DNA of 64,000 bases from Octopus vulgaris (taxonomy: Eukaryota), in NCBI GenBank assembly GCA_951406725.2, contig OX597831.1, positions 28,024,001 to 28,088,000 on the forward strand, written 5' to 3'. The notes below the pieces were generated by a model. The model searched no databases, was not told the DNA's origin, and saw only the letters and a program-made list of their open reading frames with translations. Below are positions 25,094-37,079 of the stretch, in pieces. The translations under genes and the position numbers were made by a program. Positions within the stretch are counted from its first letter, which is position 1. The number at the start of each line of letters is the position of its first letter.

Positions 25094-25145
25094 AGAATAT
25101 AATTGTCTGAAAACGGACAGAGTATTTCTTACTTGGACAAAATAT

Positions 25146-25352
25146 TTGACAATTAATATTTGCTTACATTTCACAATTAATTTTTGCTTAAATTTCACAA
25201 TTAATTTTTGCTTATATTTCACAATTTTTGCTTCCATCTCAAAATTAATTTTTGTTTACCTTTCACAATTAATTTTGCTTATATTTCACAATTAATTTTT
25301 GCTTATATTTCACAATTAATTTTTGCTTAGATTTCTCAATTAATTTTTGCTT
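25146..25352. repeat. About 24-bp AT-rich minisatellite, 8-9 copies
   Basis: Consensus CAATTAATTTTTGCTTATATTTCA. Confidence 0.9.
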
Positions 25353-25945
25353 TTTCGTTACCGCTACATATCTCGTATTCTTTTTTCTTTCAGTTTGATT
25401 CCAATTATTTTCAAATTTGTTATACCGATTTAGTTTTACGTGCTGATTATGAAAATAAACTTCATTTTGGTCATAATATAATAAAAGAGAAGTTAATAGC
25501 TTTTAAATTTGCAAATTTTGGGTAATTGTAACCAATCGAAAGCCACCATTATACAACATGACCGTAAATCTCACATTGGTGCCTGTTTCCACGGTAACAA
25601 GCAAAGCTGTAATCAGGACTTTCCCCCTCCATCGCAACCGCTGCCAACACCATCACCACCACCAGTTTTGGCGAGCAATATTTTTACTTGTTTTATTTCT
25701 GTTTGTCATTTTGTAACAGATATCTATAACGCAAGAAATGCCGGTTTCTGACTCCCGTTTTCTGATTGGACTAGAAATAATCATACTTTGAACTTTTGTG
25801 AAATGTTTCGAAATTTTTCTAGAAATAAAGGAATTCAGTGTGAAAAATTATATCACAAAAGCAAATTTTTTAATTTCCGAATTTATGACAACAATCGAAA
25901 AGATTCATAATACTCTTTTACTCTTTTTCTTGTTTCAGTCATTTG

Positions 25946-26140
25946 AACATGCATTTGTACGCACAAGTACATCAGCTGTAGCAAATTTTCTCAAAACAAC
26001 TTGTCCGACCGTCCCATAGGCCTCTCCTTTGAGAAACACTGATTTAACCTAAATTTGAGACACCAGCAAAAGAAGAAATAAAGATAGACTTTTTTCTATT
26101 CCAACTCAGCACCGTCCATTGGACGGGGGTGTTTTGCTCG
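25946..26140 (+). mobile_element. 3' part of the Helitron-like family seen at 9492-9859
   Basis: Shared TGCATTTGTACGC.CAAGTACATCAGCTGT and terminal CCGTCCATTGGACGG...TTTTGCTCG|T. Confidence 0.7.
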
Positions 26141-26166
26141 TATATACATACACACAAACACACACA

Positions 26167-26207
<41 letters not shown>

Positions 26208-26210
<3 letters not shown>

Positions 26211-26391
26211 AAAGTTTACGAAAAAAACAAAAGATGAAGACAGGTGGTGTACAAAACAAACAGATGTATTAGTATAACGCTCAGGAATAGAAAAAGTCTT
26301 TTACGTTTCGAGCCTACGCTCTTCTACAGAAAGGTACACAGAAAAAACAAGGAGAGAAAAAAATGTGTGTAGTGTCTAACGATCTATCATG
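26208..26391 (-). mobile_element. Short dispersed repeat (Penelope pLTR-like) with a hammerhead variant
   Basis: Minus strand 26333-26298: CTTT-CTGTAGA-A-GAGC-GTAG-GCTC-GAAA-CG-TA-AAAG; second copy at 468-644, diverged third near 43655-43800. Confidence 0.65.
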
Positions 26392-27041
26392 ATACACATA
26401 TATATACGACGGGCTTCTTTCAGTTTCCGTCTACCAAATCCACTCACAAGGCTTTGGTCGCCCCGAGGCTATAGTAGAAGACACTTGCCCAAGGTGCTAC
26501 GCAGTGGGAATGAACCTGGAACCATGTGGTCAGTAAGTAAGCTACTTACCACACAGCCACTCCTACGCTTATAATAGTTAATTACTAAAATATCGCCCCT
26601 TATTAACGGTTACATCTTAGTAATGAGTTCATGTAAGATATAAAACTATTCTTATCAAAAGCGTTTGTATGGATCAGATGATGCCATACTAAGCCGGATG
26701 TCTTCGAAGAATGTCTGAATCGAGTTTATTGACCAATAAAATGCTTTCTTATATGGAGAAAACTGTCTTCAGAAGTTGTTCACCGGAAAACGAACTTACC
26801 AAATGTAAGCGATCTGAATTGCTGAAAACTAAGTGACAAGGAGAGGCACGTGATTTTTCCAGGTCGAATAATAAGATCATGTGATTGTAAAGCTGTTTCA
26901 ATCCGCCCCAACATCTAAGCAGTGATATTGATTGGTTGGATGGTTGGTTGGTTGGTTGGTTGGTTGGTTGGTTGGTTGGTTGGATGGTTGGATGGATGGA
27001 TGGTTGGATAGTTGGATGGACGGACGGATCTGTCTGTTTGT

Positions 27042-27228
27042 ACAAAGAAAACGTGAACTGCGCAAGTCCAGAGTCAACTGCTCGCCTTCAGTCCCAACAG
27101 AACACAAATGCCCGACCTGCAGCAGAGCTTTCCGAGCACGTATTGGACTGTTCGGCCACAGCCGATAACTCTTGTCCCGCCATCCTCTCTCCTAGGTCAT
27201 CGTCGACAACGATGGATGAACTAATCAT
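27042..27228 (+). mobile_element. RTE LINE 3' end (C-terminal zinc-knuckle region and 3'UTR)
   Basis: QRKRELRK...[21 protein letters not shown] matches the typical RTE ORF2 end. Confidence 0.8.
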
Positions 27229-27442
27229 AAGATACTCGAAGGCCTACAAACGTCATTGGACATAGATCTCCTCAAAGAGTCGAAGACTTACAAAGATTAC
27301 AGACACAGCCTTTACTTTCCAACAAGTCACGGCAGCAGACAAAGGTCTTGGACACAACTCTTTCCTGCAGACCATTCCATTAAAACACGATAATACACAA
27401 CAACAACAATAACAGCAACCCGGATTGTATAACGTCGTGGTT

Positions 27443-27744
27443 ATCAACCGGGATCCATATGGCCCCTGAAGAGCTATACAGGATTTTGCGGGTGGGGGGC
27501 ACAAAATAGTAAATTGGGGTCAACAATAGTATTTTAAGGGTCCCTGTAAACATTTTGCTTTGGGGGTATGTATTGCAAGAAATAATTAGGTTTCTTTAAC
27601 ATTTTACACATTTCAACCTACACAAAAATAAATAGGAATTTTGGGAGAAGTTTCTAAACATCGAATGGCTATGGTGGGGTCCACCAGAGTAAAATAATAA
27701 TCAATCAAAGGGGTCCATAGATGAAATAAGGTTCAGAACCCTTG
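27443..27744. mobile_element. Old hAT-like MITE; related reversed copy at about 51389-51600
   Basis: Termini resemble GTGGTT.TCAACC / GGTT.AGAACCCTTG; internal homology to the second copy. Confidence 0.5.
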
Positions 27745-27790
27745 GTATAACATGACGTGTAGCTGTATAATGACACAGCATGGTAAAATA

Positions 27791-28066
27791 TTTTTATTTA
27801 TTTATGCGCCCTTTTCAAGCCTAGCCAGGCTCAAGGGCCCGGTTTCCCGCTTTCTATGGTGTATGTGTTCCCCCCCCCAGCTGGACGGGACACCAGTCCA
27901 TCGCAGCGTTACTCAAGAAACAGGAAGTGAGAGAGAAAGTTGGTGCGAAAGAGTACAACAGGAGCCTCGTGGAGCTTTTAGGTGTTTTCGCTCAATAAAC
28001 ACACACAACGCCCGGTCTGGGAATCGAAACCGCGATCCTCCGACCACTGGGCCATTGCGCCTCCAC
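27791..28066 (-). mobile_element. Chimeric SINE, head A + tail V
   Basis: 27916-28066 matches the family A head (with deletions); 27791-27915 matches 56597-56738 including the (TTTA)n tail. Confidence 0.8.
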
Positions 28067-28102
28067 GCTTGGTGCTGCTGCTGATGTTGCTGCAATTGTC
28101 GT

Positions 28103-28141
<39 letters not shown>

Positions 28142-28881
28142 GGAGGAGGAGGAGGAGGAGGAGGAGGATATTCCTGTTATTTAGCTCAAACTCGATTCTG
28201 ATTCGACTGACCTACGATCAAAGTAATTTTAACCGTGGCTATTGCACCTTTTCTCTACATAGTGATATAAAAAAAAACACACACACACATTATCCAATGT
28301 CTTTGTTTTAAGACTGTGATGCCTGATTTGAGACCGATGTGGTTGCTACTTCTAGCCAGTCGGACGACCACGAAAAAGCTCTCTTTTTAGCAGGAACCTG
28401 GAGTAAGTTTTCTTGAGGTAGAATGAGGTCGATCATCCAGTGACAGATTTAATTCACTTATATTTTAAATTAGAACACAGCATTATTTATTACCTCCATT
28501 AAGCAGCAAGGAATGCGTGCCACCAATTCCTTTGGTAAATTTCACCAATAGGCTAGCGGCCAATCCAGATCATTTACTCCACACACCCACCATATAAATG
28601 TTTTAGGAAGTAGTCTAAGGGAAGTAATTCTAAAATTAGTTGTATTATCTCCCTTACCAATCAACGCGTGAAACTGCAGACTTGAAATTAACAGGGGAGA
28701 TGATACATAAGTAAATGTAGAGTTATGCCCCTTAGAGTGTTACATCGTTCCTTAGAACTAACTTCCCTGTTAAATTTCTTTAAAATTTAGTAGTTTTTAC
28801 AACAACAGAGAATGGCGTCAGCGGAGCAGAAGGATACATCTTGATGGAAAGGGTCGATGAAGAGGTCACATATGTGTGATG

Positions 28882-29501
28882 AATGATTTTGGCAAGACTT
28901 CCGCCCGTCCCTCCACCCTCCAAAACACCCTTTTAATATTTTTTTTTTCGACACAAACCCCTTTTCGGTTACGGGGAATACGAATCTGCAAAATGATTGG
29001 CAAAAATCGACATTTCTAAATTACCACCCTACCCTCATTTACTTCATTATTAACATTTTTTCACAATTTTTTTTTCAAAATATGCGTAAAAGTACGGAGA
29101 CTATGATTCTGAAAAAAATTTCCAAAAATCTTTGTAAATTTTTTTTTAAAGAATTTTTTTTTCTAAATATGCGGAAAAATACGGACATCATGATTCGGAC
29201 AAAAATTTCAAAACATTTCTGTACTTACAGTTAAGGTTTTAGGGTTGGGGTTAGAGTTAGGGTAAGAGTTTTAGGGATAGGGTTAGGGTTTTAGGGTTAG
29301 GGTTAGGGTTTTAGGGTTCAAGGGTTTTAGGGTTAGGGTTGGGGAGGAAGGGTGGGGGAATTTTCACAATGCCGATTTTTGGCAAGTTTCTGGAACCTCC
29401 GTATCCGAAAACGGAGATTTTTGGCAAAAAACAAAATAACAAAAATAAACAAATTTGGGAGAAAATGGGGGTGGACGGGCGGAAGTCTTTCCAAGATTTC
29501 C
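28882..29501. mobile_element. Foldback/MITE-like element with internal telomere-like (TTAGGG) array
   Basis: Perfect 17-bp inverted core AAGACTTCCGCCCGTCC (28894-910, 29473-489) within longer diverged arms; GGGTTA/GGGTTTTA units 29229-29343. Confidence 0.75.
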
Positions 29502-30329
29502 AGACAATGGACACAAGATAAAATTAGAACAATAATAAACGAGTGAAACAACGAATATACAGTGCGTGTGTTTATTTGGCAAAACAAAAATGAGTGCCTC
29601 GAAATAGATATACACTACAGCAAATGTTAAGTAGACAGTCTGACACAGAAGAGGGTTATTCTTAGAAGTTCCACCATCAACTCCAACAACATCACCAGAA
29701 GCACCACGACCGACACCACCGCCGCAATACACAACACCACAATTACATCCACCCAACATCGCCACAACCATCATCATCAACAGAGTCAACTTTACCATTA
29801 CAACCATCACCGCCAACATCATTGCAACCACCAACATCACCACCATCACAATCACCAACACCTGCATCACTGTAGCTACCACAAACAACAACAGAATCAC
29901 AACCACCACTACCATAACCACCACACCACCATTATCACATTCACCCGCACAACCACCGCCACTAACTCAACCACCACCAAGACCAATTATCATCAGTATC
30001 AACCACCACCACCACCATCACCGACACTACAAACACCAACAACGACGTCGACAACAACAACGCCATCACAACCACCACTACCATCAGCATAATCACCAAA
30101 ACCACCAACATAACCACAACTACTACCAGCATCACCATCGTAACCACAGCCACTAACATCACCCCAACCACCAATATCGACAACAACATCAGCAACAGCA
30201 ACAACACCATTCCAAGTGCCACCCCTGTAACCACCCGCAGCGTAATAAATCTCACAACGACAAACAGCTGTACAACTAAAATACCCCTATCACACTACCA
30301 CCACATCACTACCCACTCTACTCTAGAGA

Positions 30330-31005
30330 TAGCGCACCCCAGGGCTAAACCACCTGGCTCCAGTCCACTCCAAGGCTGAACCACCCCGGGCCTGGTCTAC
30401 TCCAGTTCTAATCCAGCCCAGGATTAAATCATTACTGTTCTAACCCATCCCGCGGCACTAATCCATCCCGACACTAATCCACCCAGCACTAGTACACCCT
30501 GGCACTAGCCCACCTCGGCACGTCCACCCTGACACTTGTCCACCCTGGCACTAATTCACCCCAACACTAACCCAACCCGGCACTAGTCCACCCCGGCACT
30601 AACCCACCCTGGCACTAATCCACTCCAGTACTAGTCAACCAGGCACTAGTCCACACCAGCACTAGTCCACTCCGGCACTAACCACCCCGGCATTTGTCCA
30701 CCCCGGCACTAATCTACCCCATTACTAATCCATCCCAGTACTAACCCAACCCGGTACTAGTCCACCCCGGCACTAACCCACCCCGACACTTATCCATCCC
30801 GGCACTAGTCCACCCCGGCACTAATCCACTCCAGTACTAGTCAACCAGGCACTAGTCCACACCGGCACTAGTCCACTCCGGCACTAACCACCCCGGCATT
30901 TGTCCACCCCGGCATTTGTCCACCCCGGCACTAATCTACCCCATTACTAATCCATCCCAGTACTAATCTACCACGGTACTAGTCGACCCCGGCACTAGTC
31001 CAACC
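30330..31005. repeat. 16-bp GC-rich minisatellite with a higher-order duplication
   Basis: Consensus CACTAGTCCACCCCGG, regular from about 30455 and degenerate to the left; the variant series at 30611 recurs at 30817. Confidence 0.9.
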
Positions 31006-31236
31006 ATTTAATTCACCACAGGGGTAGACAGCCCAGCCCCAGTTCATCGCAGAGCTGATAACCCCCACCACCCTATGCATTTCTTCGCTTTCCTGTGTAT
31101 TTTGCTTCCATAGTAACAAGGGCGCCCTTGCGTGACCAATTAGTTACTAGAAATAGCAGCCAAATCTGCCTCTGATAACATCGGGTTTTCTGCAGTAATA
31201 GTCGACACACTGGATAGTAATATACAGCATGATTTA

Positions 31237-31450
31237 AGGTAGTGAGCTGGCAGAATCGATAGCACGCCGAGCAAAATGTTTAGCAGTATTTCGTTTGTCT
31301 TCATGTTCTGAGTTCAAATTCCGTCGAAGCCGTCTTTACTTTTTTATCCTTTCAGGGTCGTTGAAACAACCACCAGTTGATCATTGGAGGTCGATGTAAT
31401 CGGCTAAGCCCTTCCTCCAAAATTTCTGGGCTTATACCAAACTTTGAAAC
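31237..31450 (+). mobile_element. Older family-M SINE
   Basis: GAGCTGGCAGAATCG head and diverged core. Confidence 0.75.
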
Positions 31451-31880
31451 CAATATACAACATGATGATGGATGGTCATGGATGGAGTACTTTTAGATTT
31501 AAGTCGTTTCAGTCAGGACCGTTTAAACAACAATATTTTGTTTATTTCGATTTAATCAACTGTTTAGGTGGTGGTGGTGGTGGTTTTGGTGACGGCAGTG
31601 GTAGTGTTGATGGCGTTTGTGTAGTTGTTGCGGTTATGATGTGTGTGTGTGTCTGTGTGTTGTAGCAATGATAGTGGTGGTGCTATGTAGTGGTGGTGGT
31701 GGTGGTGGTGGTGGCGGCTGCGGTGGAAGTGGTGGTTGTGGCGGTGTAATGCAACTTACATAAAAATTCCATAGTCCAACCACCACCACCACCTCGCTTT
31801 CTTCTTTTGTTTCATTCCATTGTTTTAAATAACAATTGATAAACGAATTTGGAAAGGGTCATGACACCGATGTTGTTATT

Positions 31881-31935
<55 letters not shown>

Positions 31936-32159
31936 CAGCAGCAGCAGCAGTTATATGGAATGGTGATTAGGGGGTATTGCTGAGTTTGGTAAGTGTATAG
32001 GGGAGAGTCAACGATTTGAAAGTAAGGTTCGAGAGAAATAAAATGGCCATTGTTAGAGTGGTGGCCATTTTGGTTGGTTGGCTGGTTGGCTGGTTGGCTT
32101 GTTGGTTGGTTGGTTGGTTGGTTGGTTGGTTGGTTGGAAGCGAACAGAGTAAGGTACAT

Positions 32160-32194
<35 letters not shown>

Positions 32195-32410
32195 TGGTGA
32201 ACGTGGTGGGGTTGGTGGGGTAGGAATGGGGTAGATTTGGAGGGTTCGAAAGAGGGTAGCTAATATGGTGGCTTACTCAGCAAGAGAATCTCACGACCTA
32301 GCAGACTTTCAGTTTGGCTAGGGGTTGAGAAAAGAGAACGAGGTCGTTTGGGGTCTGTTTGTCGGACAGGGCCATGCTTAAGGTATGAAACAAGTTGATG
32401 TAGAACATTG

Positions 32411-33103
32411 ATCTGGATCTTTACCTTTTGACCTACAGATTTAAAAAATAACTTTTTGTAACTAAGCACTTTCAGACTTCGGACACTGGTAGAATGTGTC
32501 ATATAAAACATCTTTTACTCTTAGAATTTTTTAGAAAAACCTATATTTACGAAGTTATTTCACGTTAAAGTTCTCGTATTTCGATAATTTCAACCAATCA
32601 ATGACGTGTATTCAGCTGAATAAAATTACTGCTGTTGTTTGTCAGCAAGAACTTCTGGCGGCGTATATTTCGTTTGTCACTGTTATTTATGACAACCCCA
32701 ATCCTAAAACCCTAACCCTAAAACCTTAACCCTTACCCTAACACCCTCATCCTAACCCTAAAACCTTAACCCTAACACCTTGACCCTAAAATCTTAAAAC
32801 CAGTACAAACGCACGAACGATGTCATAAATAACAGTGACAAATGAAAAATACACCGCCAATAGTTGTTGTTGACAAACAACGGCAATAATTTTATTCAGC
32901 TGAATACACGTCATTGATTGGTTGAAATTACCGAAATACGACAACTTTAACGTGAAATAACTTCGTAAATATAAGTTTTTCTCAAAAATGCTAAGAGTAA
33001 AAGATGTTTTATATGACACATTCTACCAGTGTCCGAAGTTTGATAGTGTTCAGTTACAGAAAAGTATTTTTTTAAATCTAGATCAAAAGGTAAAGATCCA
33101 GAT
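32411..33103. mobile_element. Foldback element: about 280-bp inverted arms around a (CCCTAA)-like spacer
   Basis: ATCTGGATCTTTACCTTTTGA at left mirrors TCAAAAGGTAAAGATCCAGAT at right; arms align throughout; spacer about 32695-32795. Confidence 0.9.
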
Positions 33104-33316
33104 TTTTTTTTTTTATATTAGGAATATCAGTAAGTAATAGTGAGACGAAATTACAAATGCTGTGCACTGTCAGTGTTAGTAGTGAAATTCTGGCGCAATA
33201 TTACAGGAATGGAAGGCAAGGCAACAGTAAATAATAGTCCAATGAAATTACAAATGCTGTGTCCTGTCTGTCAGATATAAGTTTACTCGTCCTGTATGTG
33301 TGTATTATATAAGTGA

Positions 33317-33703
33317 GTGGAGGCGCAATGGCCCAGTGGTTAGGGCAGCGGACTCGCGGTCATAGGATCGCGGTTTCGATTCCCAGACCGGGCGTTGTGA
33401 GTGTTTATTGAGCGAAAACACCTAAAAGCTCCACGAGGCTCCGGCAGGGGATGGTGGTGATCCCTGCTGTACTCTTTCACCACAACTTTCTCTCACTCTT
33501 ACTTCCTGTTTCTGTTGTACCTGTATTTCAAAAGGCCGGCCTTGTCACTCTCTGTGTCACGCTGAATATCCCCGAGAACTACGTTATGGGTACACGTGTC
33601 TGTGGAGTGCTCAGCCACTTACACGTTAATTTCACGAGCAGGATGTTCCGTTAATTCGGATCAACCGGAACCCTCGTCGTCGTAACCGACGGAGTGCTTC
33701 CAC
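33317..33703 (+). mobile_element. Family A SINE, young full-length copy
   Basis: A box TGGCCCAGTGG, B box GGTTTCGATTC; TSD ATTATATAAG; CpGs retained. Confidence 0.92.
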
Positions 33704-34314
33704 TCCCATTATATAAGCGAAAAACATGTAATAATTGAGGTAAAAAAAAAAGATGGATTTCATATACGAACTTCTGTTTGTTCTTTAAGTTCCAATCCCA
33801 GCAACTTTTATTGTTTGGCTCTGACTTTTATCAATGCTCATATCAGAACCGAGAAGCTAGAAAAATGAGTATATCATATAGAAGAATAGCTTTACAAAAA
33901 TCTAGGTGACTGCGATGATACTGAAAAGGCTACAGGTCAAGTGGAACATCTATTTGTCACTGTTCCTTTTGACGTTTGAAGAGGCGGTGTATCGTGAACG
34001 AAGCTACAAGAATAGCTGTATCATATACAATAGCTTTAGGGAATCCAGGTGACTGTGTGATGCACTGAGAAGACCACGAGTGAAGTGGAAGACCCATTTA
34101 TCATGGTTTCTTTTGACATTTGAATAAGCTGGTATACCCAAGGAGAATTGAAAGATTCAGTTTCGAATCTGAAGCAGAGTGAGACAACGACTACAAATTT
34201 AGGTTTGCGCGTGTCTCATCCTCGTTTTCTGCTGCACCTCGTGCGTTTGCTTTGTGTTCTCTTTTTGACGGTTTTTTTTTTTTGTAGACATTTTTTTCCT
34301 TAGGAATATCAGTG

Positions 34315-34701
34315 GTGGAAGCACTCCGTCGGTTACGACGACGTGGGTTCCGGTTGATCCGAATCAACGGAACAGCCTGCTCGTGAAATTAACGTGTAAA
34401 TGGCTGAGCACTCCACAGACACGTGTACCCATAACGTAGTTCTCGGAGGAAATTCAGCGTGACACAGAGAGTGACAAGGCCGGCCCTTTGAAATACAGGT
34501 ACAACAGAAACAGGAAGTAAGAGTGAGAGAAAGTTGTGGTGAAAGAGTACAGCAGAGATCACCACCATCCCCTGCCGGAGCCTCGTGGAGCTTTAGGTGT
34601 TTTCGCTCAATAAACACTCACAACGCCCGGTCTGGGAATCGAAACCGCGATCCTATGACCGCGAGTCCGCTGCCCTAACCAGTGGGCTATTGCGCCTCCA
34701 C
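34315..34701 (-). mobile_element. Family A SINE, young full-length copy in inverted orientation
   Basis: Near-identical reverse complement of 33317-33703; TSD GAATATCAGT (34304-13, 34705-14). Confidence 0.92.
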
Positions 34702-35271
34702 GATGAATATCAGTAAGTAATAGTCAATTAAAATTACAAATGCTGTGTCCTGTTAGATTTAGGTTTACTTGTCCTGTATGGGTGTATTATATAAGAGAAA
34801 AACGTAATAATTGAAGTCGAAAAGGGGTGGATTTCATACACATTTCTTTACTGCCAACAAGGGGCTAAACACAGAGTGGACAAACAAGGACAGACAAACG
34901 GATTAAGTCGATTATATCGACCCCAGTGCGTAACTGGTACTTATTTAATCGACCCCGAAAGGGTGGAAGGCAATGTACGAACTTCAAGTTACAATGCAGC
35001 AACTTTTAGTGTTTGGCCCTGACTTTTATTAATGTTGATAGCAAAAGAATGTGGGATAGGAAACTGTAAGGGTTTAAATTAGAATGGGACATCAAATGGT
35101 ATAACTAATATGCGAGGAACGAAGACGGGGTCATATTTATCATAACCAGTGAGAATATTTACCTCAATGCAGTTCGTCACAATTAGTGATGCCTCATTTG
35201 AACCATTTACTTTCATTTTATGGGACAAACAAACACACAAACGGACAGAATCTCAATTTTATATATATATA

Positions 35272-35700
35272 TAGGAGTGGCTGTGTGGTAAGTGGCTTGC
35301 TTACGAACCACATGATTCCGGGATCAGTCCCACTGCGTGACACCTTGGGCAAGTGTCTTCTATAGCCTCGGGCCGACCAAAGCCTTGTGAGTGGATTTGG
35401 TAGATGGAAACTGAAAGGAGCCCGTCGTATATATGTATAAAAAATATGTGTGTGTATGTGTTTGTGTGTGTGTGCGTGTGTGTGTGTGTATGTGTGTGTG
35501 TCTATGTTTGTCCTCCCAACATCGCTTGACAACCGATTGCTGGTGTGCTTACGTCTCCGTAACTTAGCGGTTCGGCAAAAAAAACGATAGAATAAGTACT
35601 AGGCTTACAAAGAATAAGTCCTGGGGGTCGATTTGCTCGACTAAAGGCGGTGCTCTAGCATGGCCACAGTCACATGACTGAAACCAGTAAAAGTGTAAAA

Positions 35701-35736
<36 letters not shown>

Positions 35737-36380
35737 GTTAAGCACATACGTAAATGCAAAATAAGATGGAATAAAATAGTACTTGAATGCCAAAAGTAGA
35801 GTAATATGCTTTTATTAAAACTGTATGAAGTTATCACAAAACTGTCACTCAGTTTCACGTTCCCGTTCGCCGGACAGTTGTGATGAATACTGAATTAAAA
35901 TCGTGATTGAAATGTGATGTAATGTACTTCAAATCAACGAACAAGCATTATAATTTGTATTTGTATACAATCTTTAATTCTTGTATTTGTCTCAGTTATT
36001 TTGACTGCGACCATGCTGGAGCACCGCCTTTTAGTGGAAAATATCGACGCCTGGACTTAGTCTTTGTAAGCCTGGTACTTACACTATCGTTTTTATTTTT
36101 GTTTTTTTTTTTGCTGAACCGCTAATTTACGGGGACGTTAACACACCAACATCGGTTGTCAAGCGATGGTTTGGTGACAAACACAGATACACAAACATAT
36201 AAACATATATATATATATACGACGGGCTTCTTTCAGTTTCCGTCTACCAGATCCACTCAGAAGCCTTTGGTCGGCCTGAGACTATAGTAGAAGACACTTG
36301 CCGAAGGTGCCACGCAGTGGGAACGAACCCGGAACCATGTGGTTGGGAAGCAAGCTTCATACCATACAGCTACTATATAT

Positions 36381-36427
<47 letters not shown>

Positions 36428-36890
36428 CGCAGGAGTGGCTGTGTGGTAAGTAGCTTGCTTCCCAACCACATGGTTCCGGGTTCGGTTCCACTGCGCGGAA
36501 CCTTGTGCAAGTGTCTTCTACTATAGCCTCGAGCCCACCAAAGGCTTTTGAGTGGATTTGGTAGACGGAAACTGAAGGAAGCTCGTCGAATACACACACA
36601 CACACTACACACACTAATACATATATGTGTGTATCGATAAGGAATAACTTGTAAGCCTTTCTTGCAGGCCTTAAAAGCCATGAGAGGTATCGTCAGAGAT
36701 AGGGAGAGTCAACTTGTGATGTTTCTTACAGTGAAATGTCATTTTCCGTCTACCAAATCCACTTGCAAGTCTTTTGTTGGCCTTGTAAGGGCTATAGAAA
36801 AAGACACTTGTCCAAGGTACCCGCGCAATGGGACTGAACCGAAGACCACATGGTGGGGAAGCAGGCTTGTGATCAACCACACAGCCACAC
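35272..36890. mobile_element. Cluster of four family C SINEs in alternating orientation (+,-,+,-)
   Basis: Copies at about 35272-35700 (+), 35985-36372 (-), 36426-36590 (+), 36742-36890 (-). Confidence 0.85.
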
Positions 36891-37079
36891 CGAAATCTTA
36901 CACTCGTAAGAATTTTTGCGCACAGGGGGGGAACGGCCCCAGCGGTCCAGCCCACGCTACGTCACTGCTAAGCTATTTTGGTTTCTGTAGGGTTGTGTTT
37001 ACTTTAAATGATCCCAGGAAGGGCACCAATCTCTGATGCTGTCTCTGAAAGGTCCCTCCCTCGTTCTTCACTCATCCTA

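Noticed and set aside
25584-25597. X-box GTTTCCACGGTAAC with nearby CCAAT boxes
   Set aside because: Appears to lie in a repeat-like segment with no adjacent exon; the X-box-like motif near 18553 is within a mariner TIR.
29229-29343. True telomere or chromosome fusion site (with 32695-32795)
   Set aside because: Both arrays are short, degenerate and enclosed by their own inverted repeats.
30455-31005. CRISPR-like array
   Set aside because: Contiguous 16-bp units without unique spacers, no cas genes, eukaryotic context.
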